Positions 36,135 through 47,000 of a stretch of DNA of 64,000 nucleotides are shown here, one piece after another (the stretch's first letter is position 1; the number at the start of each line of letters is the position of its first letter). This DNA comes from a virus (Duplodnaviria > Caudoviricetes). The notes under the pieces are model-generated. The model was not told the origin of the DNA. It saw only the letters and a program-made list of their open reading frames with translations, and did not search any database. The stretch lies in IMG/VR virus record IMGVR_UViG_3300045996_004591, positions 1,462 to 65,461 of that record. The stretch is one strand, 5' to 3'. Both the position numbers and the translations under genes were made by a program.

Positions 36135-37064
36135 ATGAGTGATGTGGTCCTGCTGACCCTGCCAGCCGTTACCCTAGACGCTATCGGCTGGACAGGCACG
36201 GGCGCAATCACCGGGACCGCCGACCTCACGTTGCCAGCGCTGACGCTGAGCGTCGAAAGCTCAATCAACGGCAGCGCATCGCTGACCCTGCCAGGGCTGA
36301 CGATGTCGGCGGTGGGCCACAACGGCATCACCGGCACGGCATCCATGTCGCTGCCGATGCCCACGCTGCAGGCTACGGGCGTGACCGGCATCACCGGCAC
36401 CGTGAACGCGAGCCTCGCCGCGCTGGCACTGGCGGCCGAGGGTTACACCGGCATCCTGGGCACGGCCGACCTCACGCTGCCGATGCTGGAGATCACCGCC
36501 AGCGGCGGGACCATCACCGGCACGGCGAACCTCACCATCCCGGCGCTCCAGCTGGTGGCCACCGGAACCACGGCCGCCGTCGGCACCACCAACGCCTGGG
36601 CCCTGCAGACCGAGAAGATGGCGCTGTCCACCTATGACGATCTGCCGGCCTTCAATTCACTGGTCAACTTCAACGGCGTGTACCTGGGCGCGACGAGCTC
36701 GGGGATCTTCGCCATCACCGGCACGGCCGACGGCGCCGCGGCGATCGACGCCGTCCTGCGCACCGGGATGACCGATTTCGGCACCAGCCACCTGAAGCGC
36801 GTGGAAGCCGTGTGGTTGCAGTACGAAACCTCCGGGGTGCTGGAGCTCACCGTCATCACCGACGGCGGCGAGCGGACCACCTATGCGCTGCCGCCCACCG
36901 GTTCCACCGGTCTGCACGGCCATCGCCAGAAGATCGGGCAGGGCCTGGAGTCCAAGTATTGGGGCTTCGAGGTGGCCAACGTCGACGGCGCCGACTTCAG
37001 CCTGGACGTGATCGAGCCGAAACCCCTCATCCTTCAACGGCGCCACGGTGGCGGGAACGCATGA
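36135..37064 (+). CDS. Virion protein with GTAxLTLPxL repeats
   Basis: About seven ~19-aa repeats followed by a TDFG..LKRV domain. Confidence 0.7.
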   Translation: MSDVVLLTLPAVTLDAIGWTGTGAITGTADLTLPALTLSVESSINGSASLTLPGLTMSAVGHNGITGTASMSLPMPTLQATGVTGITGTVNASLAALALAAEGYTGILGTADLTLPMLEITASGGTITGTANLTIPALQLVATGTTAAVGTTNAWALQTEKMALSTYDDLPAFNSLVNFNGVYLGATSSGIFAITGTADGAAAIDAVLRTGMTDFGTSHLKRVEAVWLQYETSGVLELTVITDGGERTTYALPPTGSTGLHGHRQKIGQGLESKYWGFEVANVDGADFSLDVIEPKPLILQRRHGGGNA

Positions 37065-37258
37065 AGCCGCGCAGACTTCGCCCCGCACGTCCCGGCTACA
37101 CCAGACGCAAGCGGCCGACGCTCGCACAGATGGTCGAACAGCAGTTCGCCCTGCTACAGGCGATGCGGGAAGGCTCCAAGATTGCGGCGGAAATAGCCGC
37201 ATCCGCGCTTTCAGGCGTGAACCTGTCGGCGGGTCCGAAGGACGGGAGCCATGCGTGA
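37061..37258 (+). CDS. Small basic protein sharing a motif with 38431..39678
   Basis: ATGA overlap; contains AASALSGVNLSAG. Confidence 0.55.
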   Translation: MKPRRLRPARPGYTRRKRPTLAQMVEQQFALLQAMREGSKIAAEIAASALSGVNLSAGPKDGSHA

Positions 37259-38414
37259 GTTCGGGCCCGTCCGGTTCCTGCTGGGCAACTCGCGCGAGGA
37301 AGCCGAAGCAGCCAAGCCGTACATGGGCATTGCGCGCACGCAGCTGGGCATCACCAAGAACCTGATGAACCTGGGCGGCCTGCAGCAGTACGCCCGTGTC
37401 ATCACTCTGCCCGATGGCACCGTGATTCGCTGCCAGAGCGTCATGGGACAGGACTTCGTCGCCATCACGCCGCCGGGAAGTCCGTCTCGCAAGCCGACAT
37501 CAGAGCCAATCCTTCGGACGGAAACGCCGATCGAGAAGCCGAAAAAGAGGACGCGCAAGCTCAGCTCGACCGCGTACCAATGGTTCCAACTGCCCGATGG
37601 CCCGCCCAAGAACGGTCATCAGGCGGTGTGGGACAACACGAACAAACGCATGCTGGTGTGGGGCGGCTACGACCGGCCCGGCATGGACATCCCGGCGACG
37701 CCGGAACTGCTGGACGATGACATGGACATCGTCTGGGCTGCCAGGAGCGGGGGGACCATCCGGTACGCGTCGATCATCGACAACTACTTCAGCGCCCTCA
37801 TAGACGGCGTGATGATTGACTTTTATGCCGGTGCCAGTTGGTACACGTACGAACTGGGGGCGTTTGGGCCGTACCCCGGCACATCTATCGGCCACGGGCC
37901 ACTCACCGCCGCCGATCTGGTGGCGCAGCTGTATATCGGCGACACGTCAGCTGATAAGGCCGACGCTATACGCTACGACATGCCCCGGGCGCCTGTCAGC
38001 AGCTTCCTCATCGACATGCTACCGTCCACAGCCCTGTGGAAGTTCGAGTTCACCGCAGGGGTTCCGTGGTCTGCTTCGCCGGGCGGCGCGACTGATGGCG
38101 CATGGACCCAGCTTGCCAATATCTCGTACAACGACTGGCAGGCGATGGTCACTGCCGCCGGCAGCGTCTCCATCAGCATCAACAACGCATGGGCGCCCGA
38201 GCGCGGCGATGCTTTGAACCAGGCGATCGAGCGCAATGGCGAGTTCTATGACGCCGCCACCAGCGACTACTACCCGGGCTACACCAGCGACGACTACTGG
38301 GAGCTGTACTTCGGCGGCACGATCACCGGCGCCGACACGAGCATGTCCAGGCAGCTGTGGATGTACGGCCCCATCGTCACCGTCACCGAGCACGAAGAAG
38401 ACGACCCCACCTAA
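37251..38414 (+). CDS. Tail-associated protein with Kelch-like segments
   Basis: GHQAVWD...MLVWGGY; LYFGG...LWMY. Confidence 0.65.
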   Translation: MREFGPVRFLLGNSREEAEAAKPYMGIARTQLGITKNLMNLGGLQQYARVITLPDGTVIRCQSVMGQDFVAITPPGSPSRKPTSEPILRTETPIEKPKKRTRKLSSTAYQWFQLPDGPPKNGHQAVWDNTNKRMLVWGGYDRPGMDIPATPELLDDDMDIVWAARSGGTIRYASIIDNYFSALIDGVMIDFYAGASWYTYELGAFGPYPGTSIGHGPLTAADLVAQLYIGDTSADKADAIRYDMPRAPVSSFLIDMLPSTALWKFEFTAGVPWSASPGGATDGAWTQLANISYNDWQAMVTAAGSVSISINNAWAPERGDALNQAIERNGEFYDAATSDYYPGYTSDDYWELYFGGTITGADTSMSRQLWMYGPIVTVTEHEEDDPT

Positions 38415-38430
38415 TTGAAGGAGCACCCCC

Positions 38431-39678
38431 ATGGCCCTCATCATTCCTACCCCCCTGCCCGATGACGTGACCCCGATCGTGGACGTCGTGCAGGGCTTTG
38501 TCGAAACCGGCATCGACCGGCAGCGCGAGTACGCCGACGCCGCCGTAGAGACAGCCACCGGGTTCCTGGACCGCATCGGGACGATCTCCCAGGACATCGC
38601 GGTCATCCCGGCGGTGGATGTGGACATGCTGGAGGTCACAGCCACCGTCGACCCGTATGTGGCGCCCACGGCTCCGGTGGAGCCTACGGACCTCACCCCG
38701 GTGCTGCCCGACAGTCCGGTGGCACCGGTGGGCACCTTCGACTACGTCGAGGTCACCTATTCCTCGGCACTGCTCACGGCGCTGAAGACGCGGCTGCAAA
38801 GCTGGCTGGACGGGGGCAGTACCGGTATTGACCCGACCGTCGAAGCAGCGATCTGGAACCGAGCGCGAGCCCGCACCGCTGCGACGAAAGCCCAAGGCCG
38901 CGCCGAGGTGCTGAGTAATTTCGCCAGTCGAGGCTTCCGCAAGCCCCTGGGCGCGATGGACATCGCCCTCGCGCGAGCCGCGCAGGAAACGCAGAGCGCT
39001 GACGTCGCCGCCTCCAACGAGATTGCGATCAACCAGGCCAACCTGGAGCAGACCAATCGCCACTTCGCCATCGAGAAGGGTGTGATGACCGAGCAGGCGA
39101 TGCAAACCTACGCCAACTCGCTGGCGCAGCGCGCGTTCGAATCGGCCCAGTTCGCCGACAAGATCGCCATCGAGCTGTTCGCGGCGAACACCGCCATCTA
39201 CGGCAAACAGGCCGAGGTCGAAGTCTCCCGCGTCGAGGCCCTCACCAAGGTGATCGACGCGCGCACCAAGATCTTCGAGTCGCTGGGTAAGGGCGAAGTG
39301 AGCCGCATCACCGCCCAGGCCGACGTCATGAAGGCGCAAACCGATCTGGCCGTGGCCGAAGGGGGCCTGCGCATCGAGGCGGCCAAGGCCAACGTGCAGC
39401 GCCTGATCCAGCAGGTCACCTTGCTGCTCGAAGCGATCAAGGCCGGCGCACAGGTGTCCGCGCAGCTGGCTGCTTCGGCTTTGAGCGGTGTGAATCTGTC
39501 CGCCGGCCTGCACGCGTCGGGCACAGCGTCGACCAGCGCGGGCACTTCCCACAACGTCACGAACAGCGCGACGAACAGCGACACCAACACCACGTCGAAC
39601 ACCACCAGCAACACCACCAGCAACACCACGACGGACAGCAACAGCTACACCGAGAACCACAACTTCACGAATATCTGA
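38431..39678 (+). CDS. Helical virion/ejection-type protein with SNTT tail
   Basis: AAGGAG SD; coiled-coil character; C-terminal (SNTT)n. Confidence 0.7.
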   Translation: MALIIPTPLPDDVTPIVDVVQGFVETGIDRQREYADAAVETATGFLDRIGTISQDIAVIPAVDVDMLEVTATVDPYVAPTAPVEPTDLTPVLPDSPVAPVGTFDYVEVTYSSALLTALKTRLQSWLDGGSTGIDPTVEAAIWNRARARTAATKAQGRAEVLSNFASRGFRKPLGAMDIALARAAQETQSADVAASNEIAINQANLEQTNRHFAIEKGVMTEQAMQTYANSLAQRAFESAQFADKIAIELFAANTAIYGKQAEVEVSRVEALTKVIDARTKIFESLGKGEVSRITAQADVMKAQTDLAVAEGGLRIEAAKANVQRLIQQVTLLLEAIKAGAQVSAQLAASALSGVNLSAGLHASGTASTSAGTSHNVTNSATNSDTNTTSNTTSNTTSNTTTDSNSYTENHNFTNI

Positions 39679-39721
39679 CCCCCCAGTCCGGGGTGACTCC
39701 CTCCGGGCTGGCTCTGAGAAT
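39679..39721 (+). promoter_or_regulatory. Late promoter 3 (CCCCCCAGTCCGG + GAGAAT)
   Basis: Same motif and spacing. Confidence 0.75.
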
Positions 39722-39744
39722 GACCCAACCAACGAGGTACACCC

Positions 39745-41058
39745 ATGGCTGGAGCAATCAGGAAACTGTCGGATGAAGAGCGCGGGCGCACCCAGACGGC
39801 CGCCGTCGGCAATGCCGCAGGCGCAATGTTTCCGGGGACCGCGGCGACCCTGGCTGGCTATGGCGAAGACGCGAGCGCTGCGGTCAACGCGGGTGCCTAT
39901 GGGGCCGCTGCCGGGCATTTGCTGCGCGGTGCGGCGACGCTGCCGGTTGCCTTGGCCGATGACGTCGTAGGCCGCCCACTGCGCGCGATCGGCTCTGGTG
40001 TCGGCAATGCCGCTTACACCGCCGCGACCGGGGAGAACACGCCATCGGTCGGCCAGCCCGCGGCACCCGCCGCACCAGCTACCGCCTCCGCACCCGCACG
40101 CGCAAAGCCACTGGTCTCCAACCCCACCACCGCTGGCCCGGCGCCCGCGCTCGGCGCCACGGCTCCCCAGTCCAGCGCCACCGCCATCCCCGGCGCCCCC
40201 GTCCCCATCGCAGCGCCGGCCACGTCGGCCGCGCCACCTGCCCCCTACACCGGCGGCTCCATCAGCAAGACCATCACCGCCGACCCGAGTAATCCCTCGC
40301 TGGTGGGCAAGACCACGAACTACGGCAACCCGGCGCTGGGCGCGCGGCCAATGTCCGATCTGGGCGCCGGCAGCGAGCTGGTGACCACGTCCGACGGCTT
40401 GACCACTTCGGTCGCGCAACTGCAAGCGCAGCAGGCGAAAGCCGCAGCCGACCCGGTCGCGCGCGGCGCACAACAGCAGTTGGCGTATCTGGATGCGGTT
40501 CGGGCCAAAGCGGAGGCCATCGCAGGCGATTCCTCGAGCAAGGGTTACGGCGCGCGCGTGCTGACGGCCATGGGCCAGTTGACGGGGAACAACAACTTCG
40601 CCAGCAACCAGGTGCAGTTGTCCGGCCAGCAGGGCCAGGAGCGCACCGCGGCGAACCGTCTCGCGCAAGAAGCGCCCGAAGCGCTGGCCCGTGGTGCTGG
40701 TGCCATCGGCACGCTGTCGGCGCAGGACGCCTACCAGAAGGCGCTGGCCAGCGGCGACCCAGCCAAGATCGAGAGCACGCGCCTGCAGTTGCAGGGGCGG
40801 CTCGGCAAGATCGAAAAAGAGGTGCCCGAGCTCTATGCGCCCATCGAAACGGGGAACGACCCTATAGCCGGGAAATCCTTCGGCGTGCTGAACAAGCGAG
40901 CCGGCACTGTTACGGACGCCTACGGCCGACCGCTGACCCAAGGTGCCGCGACGCCACTGTCAAACCACGTTGCCGCCCTGAAGGCCAACCCGAAGCTGGC
41001 CGCACAGTTCGACGCGCAATACGGCAAGGGCGCATCAGCGCGTCACCTGGGGCAATAG
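39745..41058 (+). CDS. Putative DNA ejection protein
   Basis: Ala/Gly-rich; ends LKANPKLAAQFDAQYGKGAS; abuts the giant gene. Confidence 0.65.
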   Translation: MAGAIRKLSDEERGRTQTAAVGNAAGAMFPGTAATLAGYGEDASAAVNAGAYGAAAGHLLRGAATLPVALADDVVGRPLRAIGSGVGNAAYTAATGENTPSVGQPAAPAAPATASAPARAKPLVSNPTTAGPAPALGATAPQSSATAIPGAPVPIAAPATSAAPPAPYTGGSISKTITADPSNPSLVGKTTNYGNPALGARPMSDLGAGSELVTTSDGLTTSVAQLQAQQAKAAADPVARGAQQQLAYLDAVRAKAEAIAGDSSSKGYGARVLTAMGQLTGNNNFASNQVQLSGQQGQERTAANRLAQEAPEALARGAGAIGTLSAQDAYQKALASGDPAKIESTRLQLQGRLGKIEKEVPELYAPIETGNDPIAGKSFGVLNKRAGTVTDAYGRPLTQGAATPLSNHVAALKANPKLAAQFDAQYGKGASARHLGQ

Positions 41059-44000
41059 ATGGCCGACACCAATCCGTTTGCCGATCCCAACTTCGGCGCG
41101 GACGCCGCAAACCCCTTCTCGGACCCGAGCTTCGGCAAGCCGTCCGGCGCGATTCGCCGTCTTGCCGACAAGGCCGTCGGCTTCGGTGCCGGTGCTGCCG
41201 GCGCGACCAAGGCCATCGCTGACGTCGCCGGTGCGGGCAACCCCGTCTCCGGCGTGCTCGACAGCGCCACCAGGGGCCTGAACAGCCTGCTCAGCCCGGA
41301 AGCGCAAGCCGACCAGGCGCAGCAGCAGGCCATCATGGCCGAGGCCAACGGCAAGGGCCTCTGGGAAGGCGTGAAGGCCGGCGCCCGTGCGTTCGGTGTC
41401 GCCCCCGTGCAGACGGCGGTGACCGGACTGGGCTCAGTGGTTCCTACCGTGGCGGCAGGCCTGGCCACCGGCGGCGCGTCGGTTCCGGCATCGCTGGCCA
41501 CCATGGGCGCGATCGGCCTGGCGCAAGGGGCGGGTACCGTGAAGGGCGCCATCTACGACGACGTGCGCGAGCGCTCCACCGATGCGGGCATGAGTCCCGA
41601 GGATGCGCAGGCCGCGGCGACGCGTGCGCAGGAGTTCAGCGGCCCCAACGCGGGCAATATTGCCATCGGCGCCGGGCTGGGCGTGGGTGACGCGCTCACC
41701 GGTGTGACCAAGGTGGCCACTTCGATGCTGCGCCGCGGCGTGGGCAAGGCCGCGCTGGCCGAGGGCAGCACGCGCGGCGTCATGGCGCGCACCGGGCTTG
41801 GCATCGCGGGCGAAATGCCGCTGGAAATTGCCCAGGGCGGGCAGGAGAAGTACGCCGCCAACGTCGCCTCCGCGCGCCAAGGCTTCGATGTCGACCCGAT
41901 GGAGGGCGTCGCGGCGCAGGGCACGCTGGAAGGATTGGCCGCAGCCGGTCCCGGCGCTGCCTTCGGTGCGTTCAACAAGGCGCACCCTGCACTAGTCACC
42001 CCGCCGCCGCCCGCGGCACCGCCCGCCGGCCCGATGACCGCCGCGCTGATCGCCGGTGGCCAGTGGAAAGCGCTGGGCGTTGCCGATCCGCAGGACGACC
42101 TCGCACGCCAGAAGCGCATCAGCGAGACCGGGCAGGCCTGGCAGGACATCGCCCCGACGACGCCGGCCGAGGATCTGGCCGCGCAAAAGCCACTCGAGCA
42201 GCGCGCCTCCGAGGAAGCCGGCGCCGCCGCCTCGCGCGCCACGGATGAACGTATTGCCGCTGTGGGCAAGCAGTGGCAGGACCTGGGCATCACGGACCCG
42301 TCTACCGACCTGCAGCGCCAGCGCGCGGGCCTGACCCCGGCCGAAGAGCGCGGCGTCGACGCCAACGCTGGCCCCCTGTCCGGCGCCGCTGCGATGGCGC
42401 TGAATGCCGGTGTCACGCAGGGCATGGAAGCGCAGAACGCCGAGACCGCCAACGACATCACCGACGGTGGAACCCCGTTTAAGGGCGCCATTCCCGCGCG
42501 CCGCGCTGCCGATAAGGCCGGGGAGGGCTGGAGCGTGGTGAAGGTGCAGGACGGCTATGTCGTTCGCCCCTCGCCCGAAGTCGTCCGGACCGCCGAGAGC
42601 GGCAAACCCACCGAACCTGCGAAGGCCACCGATGCGAAAGCCACCGCTGCCCAATCCGCGCCCGCCGCGGCTGCCCCGGTTCCTGAGACTGGCCGCACAG
42701 CGACTGCGCTATCACCCGCACCAGTTCCAGCGGCTGGACCTGCTGGCACTGGCGCTGACGCCAACCCGGCACTGAAGGGAGTTCCCAATGGTCAGCGACA
42801 AGGAGAAGGTACGCCACCTGCTGGAGTCGGCGCGGCGCGAGTCCAACCTGGCCCTGATCGAGCGCAACCGCCGGCAGTACGAACAGAAGCGCCAGGCAAG
42901 ACGGCTGATGCAGCAGGCGCTGCAGGCGGCGCAACGCAAGGAGCCAAGCCGCTGACACTGGGCTCGATGCCCAACCAGGCCGAGCCTGTGACGGTCAAGG
43001 ACGGCGTGATCCACGTAGGCAAGTTGCCGGCGCTGAACTTCGACACGGGCGCGCCGATCGTCGCCCCCCGGGACGCCACGGCCACGCAGATCAAGCAGCT
43101 GCTCAAGGACGCGGGCGCGGTCGGAAACAGGCAGAGATTCTTTGGTGGAACGGAGCAAACCAGTGCAGCGCAACCCCAGTCGCAAGACACTCAAACGCCA
43201 GTTGCAGCGCGACCTGGACCGCAGAAGGCCGAAGCCGGAGCAGCCGCCGCGCCAGCAGGAAACACCGCCGGCGTGGAAGCCGCTGGGGTAGCACGCCCGG
43301 CCAACTGGCGCACCAACTTCATGGTTGCCACGCAGGTCGCCAAGAGCGTCGGAATCCCCTACGAGCAGGGCCGCAAGCTGGCCGATCTGGTGGCGATGGT
43401 GGACGCGAAGGATGGCAAGGCGCCGCCCAACGAGAGCGACCAGGACCGCAGCAACCGCGAGTTTGCCGAGAACTATGGGCGCGTGACCGGGAACATCAAG
43501 GCGTCGACGGACAAGGAGATCGACCGCGCGATCATGTTCTCCGAGAAGCAGTTCTCCAACCTGCAACCCAAGGCGTGGGCCGGCGACGAGCAGGCCAAGC
43601 GCATGATGACGGCCTATGAGCAGGAAGCCGAGGGCCTGAAGCAGGAGCAGCGCATCCGCAAGGGGCAGGACCCCGTCACCGGCAAGAAGCCGGTTACGCC
43701 GCAGGTGCCGCCCGCCGCCAGCGCCAACACCGTATTCACGCAGGATGCCGCGGCAGTGGCGCGCGCGCTGATCAAGGCCCGCCTGGCTAAGCCCGCCGCC
43801 ACGACGGACACCACCCCTGCCGCCGAAGTGCTGCGCGGCGCCGTGGACGTCATGCCCGCGGCCGACAAGGCCACGCTCGAGGCGCACTACGGTGAGAAGC
43901 CCGGCACTGCCGCCTTCTTCGACCGCGTGCGCGATGACGTCGCCACCTTCGTCAACAAGGGTGCCGCGGCCATTGCCTCGGGTATTCGCAGCATCATCAA

Positions 44001-47000
44001 GAGCCTGGCCGAGGGCGTGCTGGCGCTGGGCATCGTGTTCAACCCGATGGGGCTGAAGACCGACTACAGCTTCGATCTGCCCGCCGTCCACAAGCAGACC
44101 ATCACCCAGACCCGGCAGGTGAAGGCCGAACCGCCGCTGGAGGCGATCGCCGGCATGTCCGGCCCAGCCATCACGGTCTACGAGAACATGGCCCCCACGG
44201 CCAAGACCTCGGGCAAGGGGTTCATCATCGCGGACAAGCCCGCGGGCATGATGCACGTGTTCGCCGCCGACGGCTCGCTGATCGCGCAGGACACAGCGCT
44301 GTACGGCAAGGACAAGGGCGACCGGATGGGCGTTTCGTCGCTCAAGGGTGGCCCGAAGGTGACCCCGGCCGGCGGGTTCGCGCTGCGCTGGGCTGAGAGT
44401 GAATACGCCGGCGGCCAGCAGCTGGAACTGGTGGGCTCCGAGGACGCGGACGGCGCGGTCATTGCCGTGCACGCCGCCTGGCTGGGCGACCCGAAAGAAA
44501 AGCGGGCCGAACGCCTAGCCAGCCTGACCGCCGATGACAACCGCATCAGCTACGGGTGCATCAACAGCGCCCACGACACATTCCTGAACAAGGTGCTGCC
44601 CGAGGCCCCGAACCTGGACGGCGGCATGGCCTTCGTGCTGCCCGACGAGTCGGACGCGGGCGCCCTGTTCCCGGCCGGCACGACCACCGAAACCACCACC
44701 ATCGAGGCAGCCGAGCGCAACGCGCGCGAGGGCACCGTGGGCGGCCAGCAAATGGGCATGGGCGGGCGCGCTCGCACCGCAACCCGTTCGGGCACGCCGC
44801 CGCGCGGGCTGGATCCAGAATTGACGCAGGCCGGCATCACCATGGCCGGCTTCCACATCGAGGGCGGTAGTCCGACCTTCGCGTCCTATGCCCGCGCCAT
44901 GCTGGACGACCTGGGCGAGGCCGTGCGCCCGTACCTGAAAAGCTGGTACATGGCCGTCAAGTACGACCCGCGCGCTGGAGATTTCAGCGCCAAGATGAGC
45001 ACGGCGGGCTTCGTGGAGGAATTTGACCTCGCGCACATCGCGGCGCCGTCCGACAGCCCAGCGGTTGAAAAATCCGGCCCGAGCGCCGATACTGGAGACT
45101 CAAATGCCGCAGCAACACGCCGCCTGGATCAGTCAGGCACGAGCCCACTGGAAGGAATACCGTCCGGCGATGTACGCGCGCCTGCAGGAAAGCGGCCGGC
45201 TGGAGCAGGAGCTGCAGGAGGCCGCAACGGCGACCAGCCAGGCGGTGGCCGTGCTGACCCGGCAGGGCGCGACCTGGCAGGAGGCCTGGGAGCAGACCCG
45301 GGAGCAGTACCTGTTTCCCCCAGAGGAAACGCCGACGCAGCGCCAGCCGGAAAGCCTGGGGTTCAAGGCCCACAAGGGGCTGATGCGCGACCTGGGCGAG
45401 CTGAAGATGCCGGGCGAGAAGTAGCGCCCAACGCGCCGCCCATCCCGGCGCCGCAGTACACCCCGCCCGCAGACTTCACCATCGACGCCGAGCTCGCGCT
45501 GGGCGAAGGCGGGCAAAAGACCAAGTTCCGCAACAACGTCGCGGCGATCACTCTGCTCAAGAAGCTGCTGGCCGAGGGCTTGCAAGCCTCCGCGGACGAG
45601 CAGCAGGTGCTGGCCAAGTACGTCGGCTGGGGCGGCCTGCCGCAGGCCTTCGACGCCAACAACCGGGAATGGGCCAACGAGCACGCCCAGCTGAAGGAAC
45701 TGCTGGACGACAAGGAGTTCTCGGCCGCGCGCCGCTCGACCCGCTACGCCCACTACACCAGCCGCGAAATCATTCAGGATGGTATCTACGCGGCGCTGCG
45801 CCGCTTTGGCTTCACCGGGGGCCGCGCGCTGGAAGGCGGCGCCGGCGTGGGCAACTTCATCGGGCTCATGCCGCAGGACCTGCGCGCTGCCGGCCGGGTG
45901 ACGGCCATCGAGCGCGAGCCGATCGCCGCGGGCATTGCCCGCAACCTGTACCCGAACCAGAGCGTGCAGCTGGCCAACTTTACCGAGTTCAAGGGCACGG
46001 ACGGTTACTTCGACGTGGCGATCGGGAATCCTCCCTTCGCCAGCGACCCGCAAACCGACCGGTCCGGACGCAAGCACCTGTCAGGGCTGTCTCTGCACAA
46101 CTACTTCTTCGCCAAGGAAGTGGACATGCTGCGCGAGGGCGGCATCCTGGCGCAGGTAGTGACCAACAGCTTCCTGGACGCCGCAGGAGACAAGGCGCGC
46201 AGCTACATCAGCGACCGCACCCGGTTCCTGGGCGCCATCCGGCTGCCGAACAACGCATTCAGCAAGAACGCCGGCACCGAGGTCACCACCGACCTGATCT
46301 TTCTGCAAAAGCGCCCTGAGGCCGAGTGGGGCACCAAAGCCACCCGCGCCGAGGCCAAGGCCTGGCTGGACGTTGTCAAGGTCACCGACGCGCGCAAGGG
46401 CGTGGCCTTGAACATCAACCAGTATTTCAAGGACCACCCGGAAATGATGCTGGGCGACTTCGGCGCCCACGGCACGATGTATGGCCCAGACCAGCCGGCA
46501 CTCGTTGCCCGCAAGGGGCAGGACACGTTGGCGATGCTCAAGGAAGCCGTCAAGCGCCTGCCCGATGCGGTGTACGTCGACCGCGCGACGCTCGGCACCG
46601 ACGCCGCCGTCGACGCCGCGATCAAGGCGCTCACCCGCCCGCCCGTCCAGGAGGGCGGCTTCTTCGTGGACGAGCAGGGCATCCTGACCCAGCGCGTGAA
46701 CGACATAGCCGGGGAGGCGCGCGGGCGCGAAATCAACGCCGAGACCCAGTGGACGGCCAAAACCAAGCTGGGCGAAGCCGGCGCGGCCAAGATCCGCTCG
46801 CTCGCTGCGATGCGAGTCACCCTGCGCTCGCTACTGGCGGCCGAACTGGCCGACGAGGTGGACAAGGCCACCGCACTGCGCGCCCAGCTGAACACCCAGT
46901 ACGACGGCTACACCAAGGAGCACGGGCTGCTGAACGACACGGCGACGGCGCGGGTGTTCGATGACGACCCGGACTTTCCGCTCCTGCTGTCGCTGGAGCA

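Noticed and set aside
39560-39645. AGCAACACCACC-type 12-bp repeats
   Set aside because: Encode the SNTT low-complexity tail in frame; no spacers, so not CRISPR
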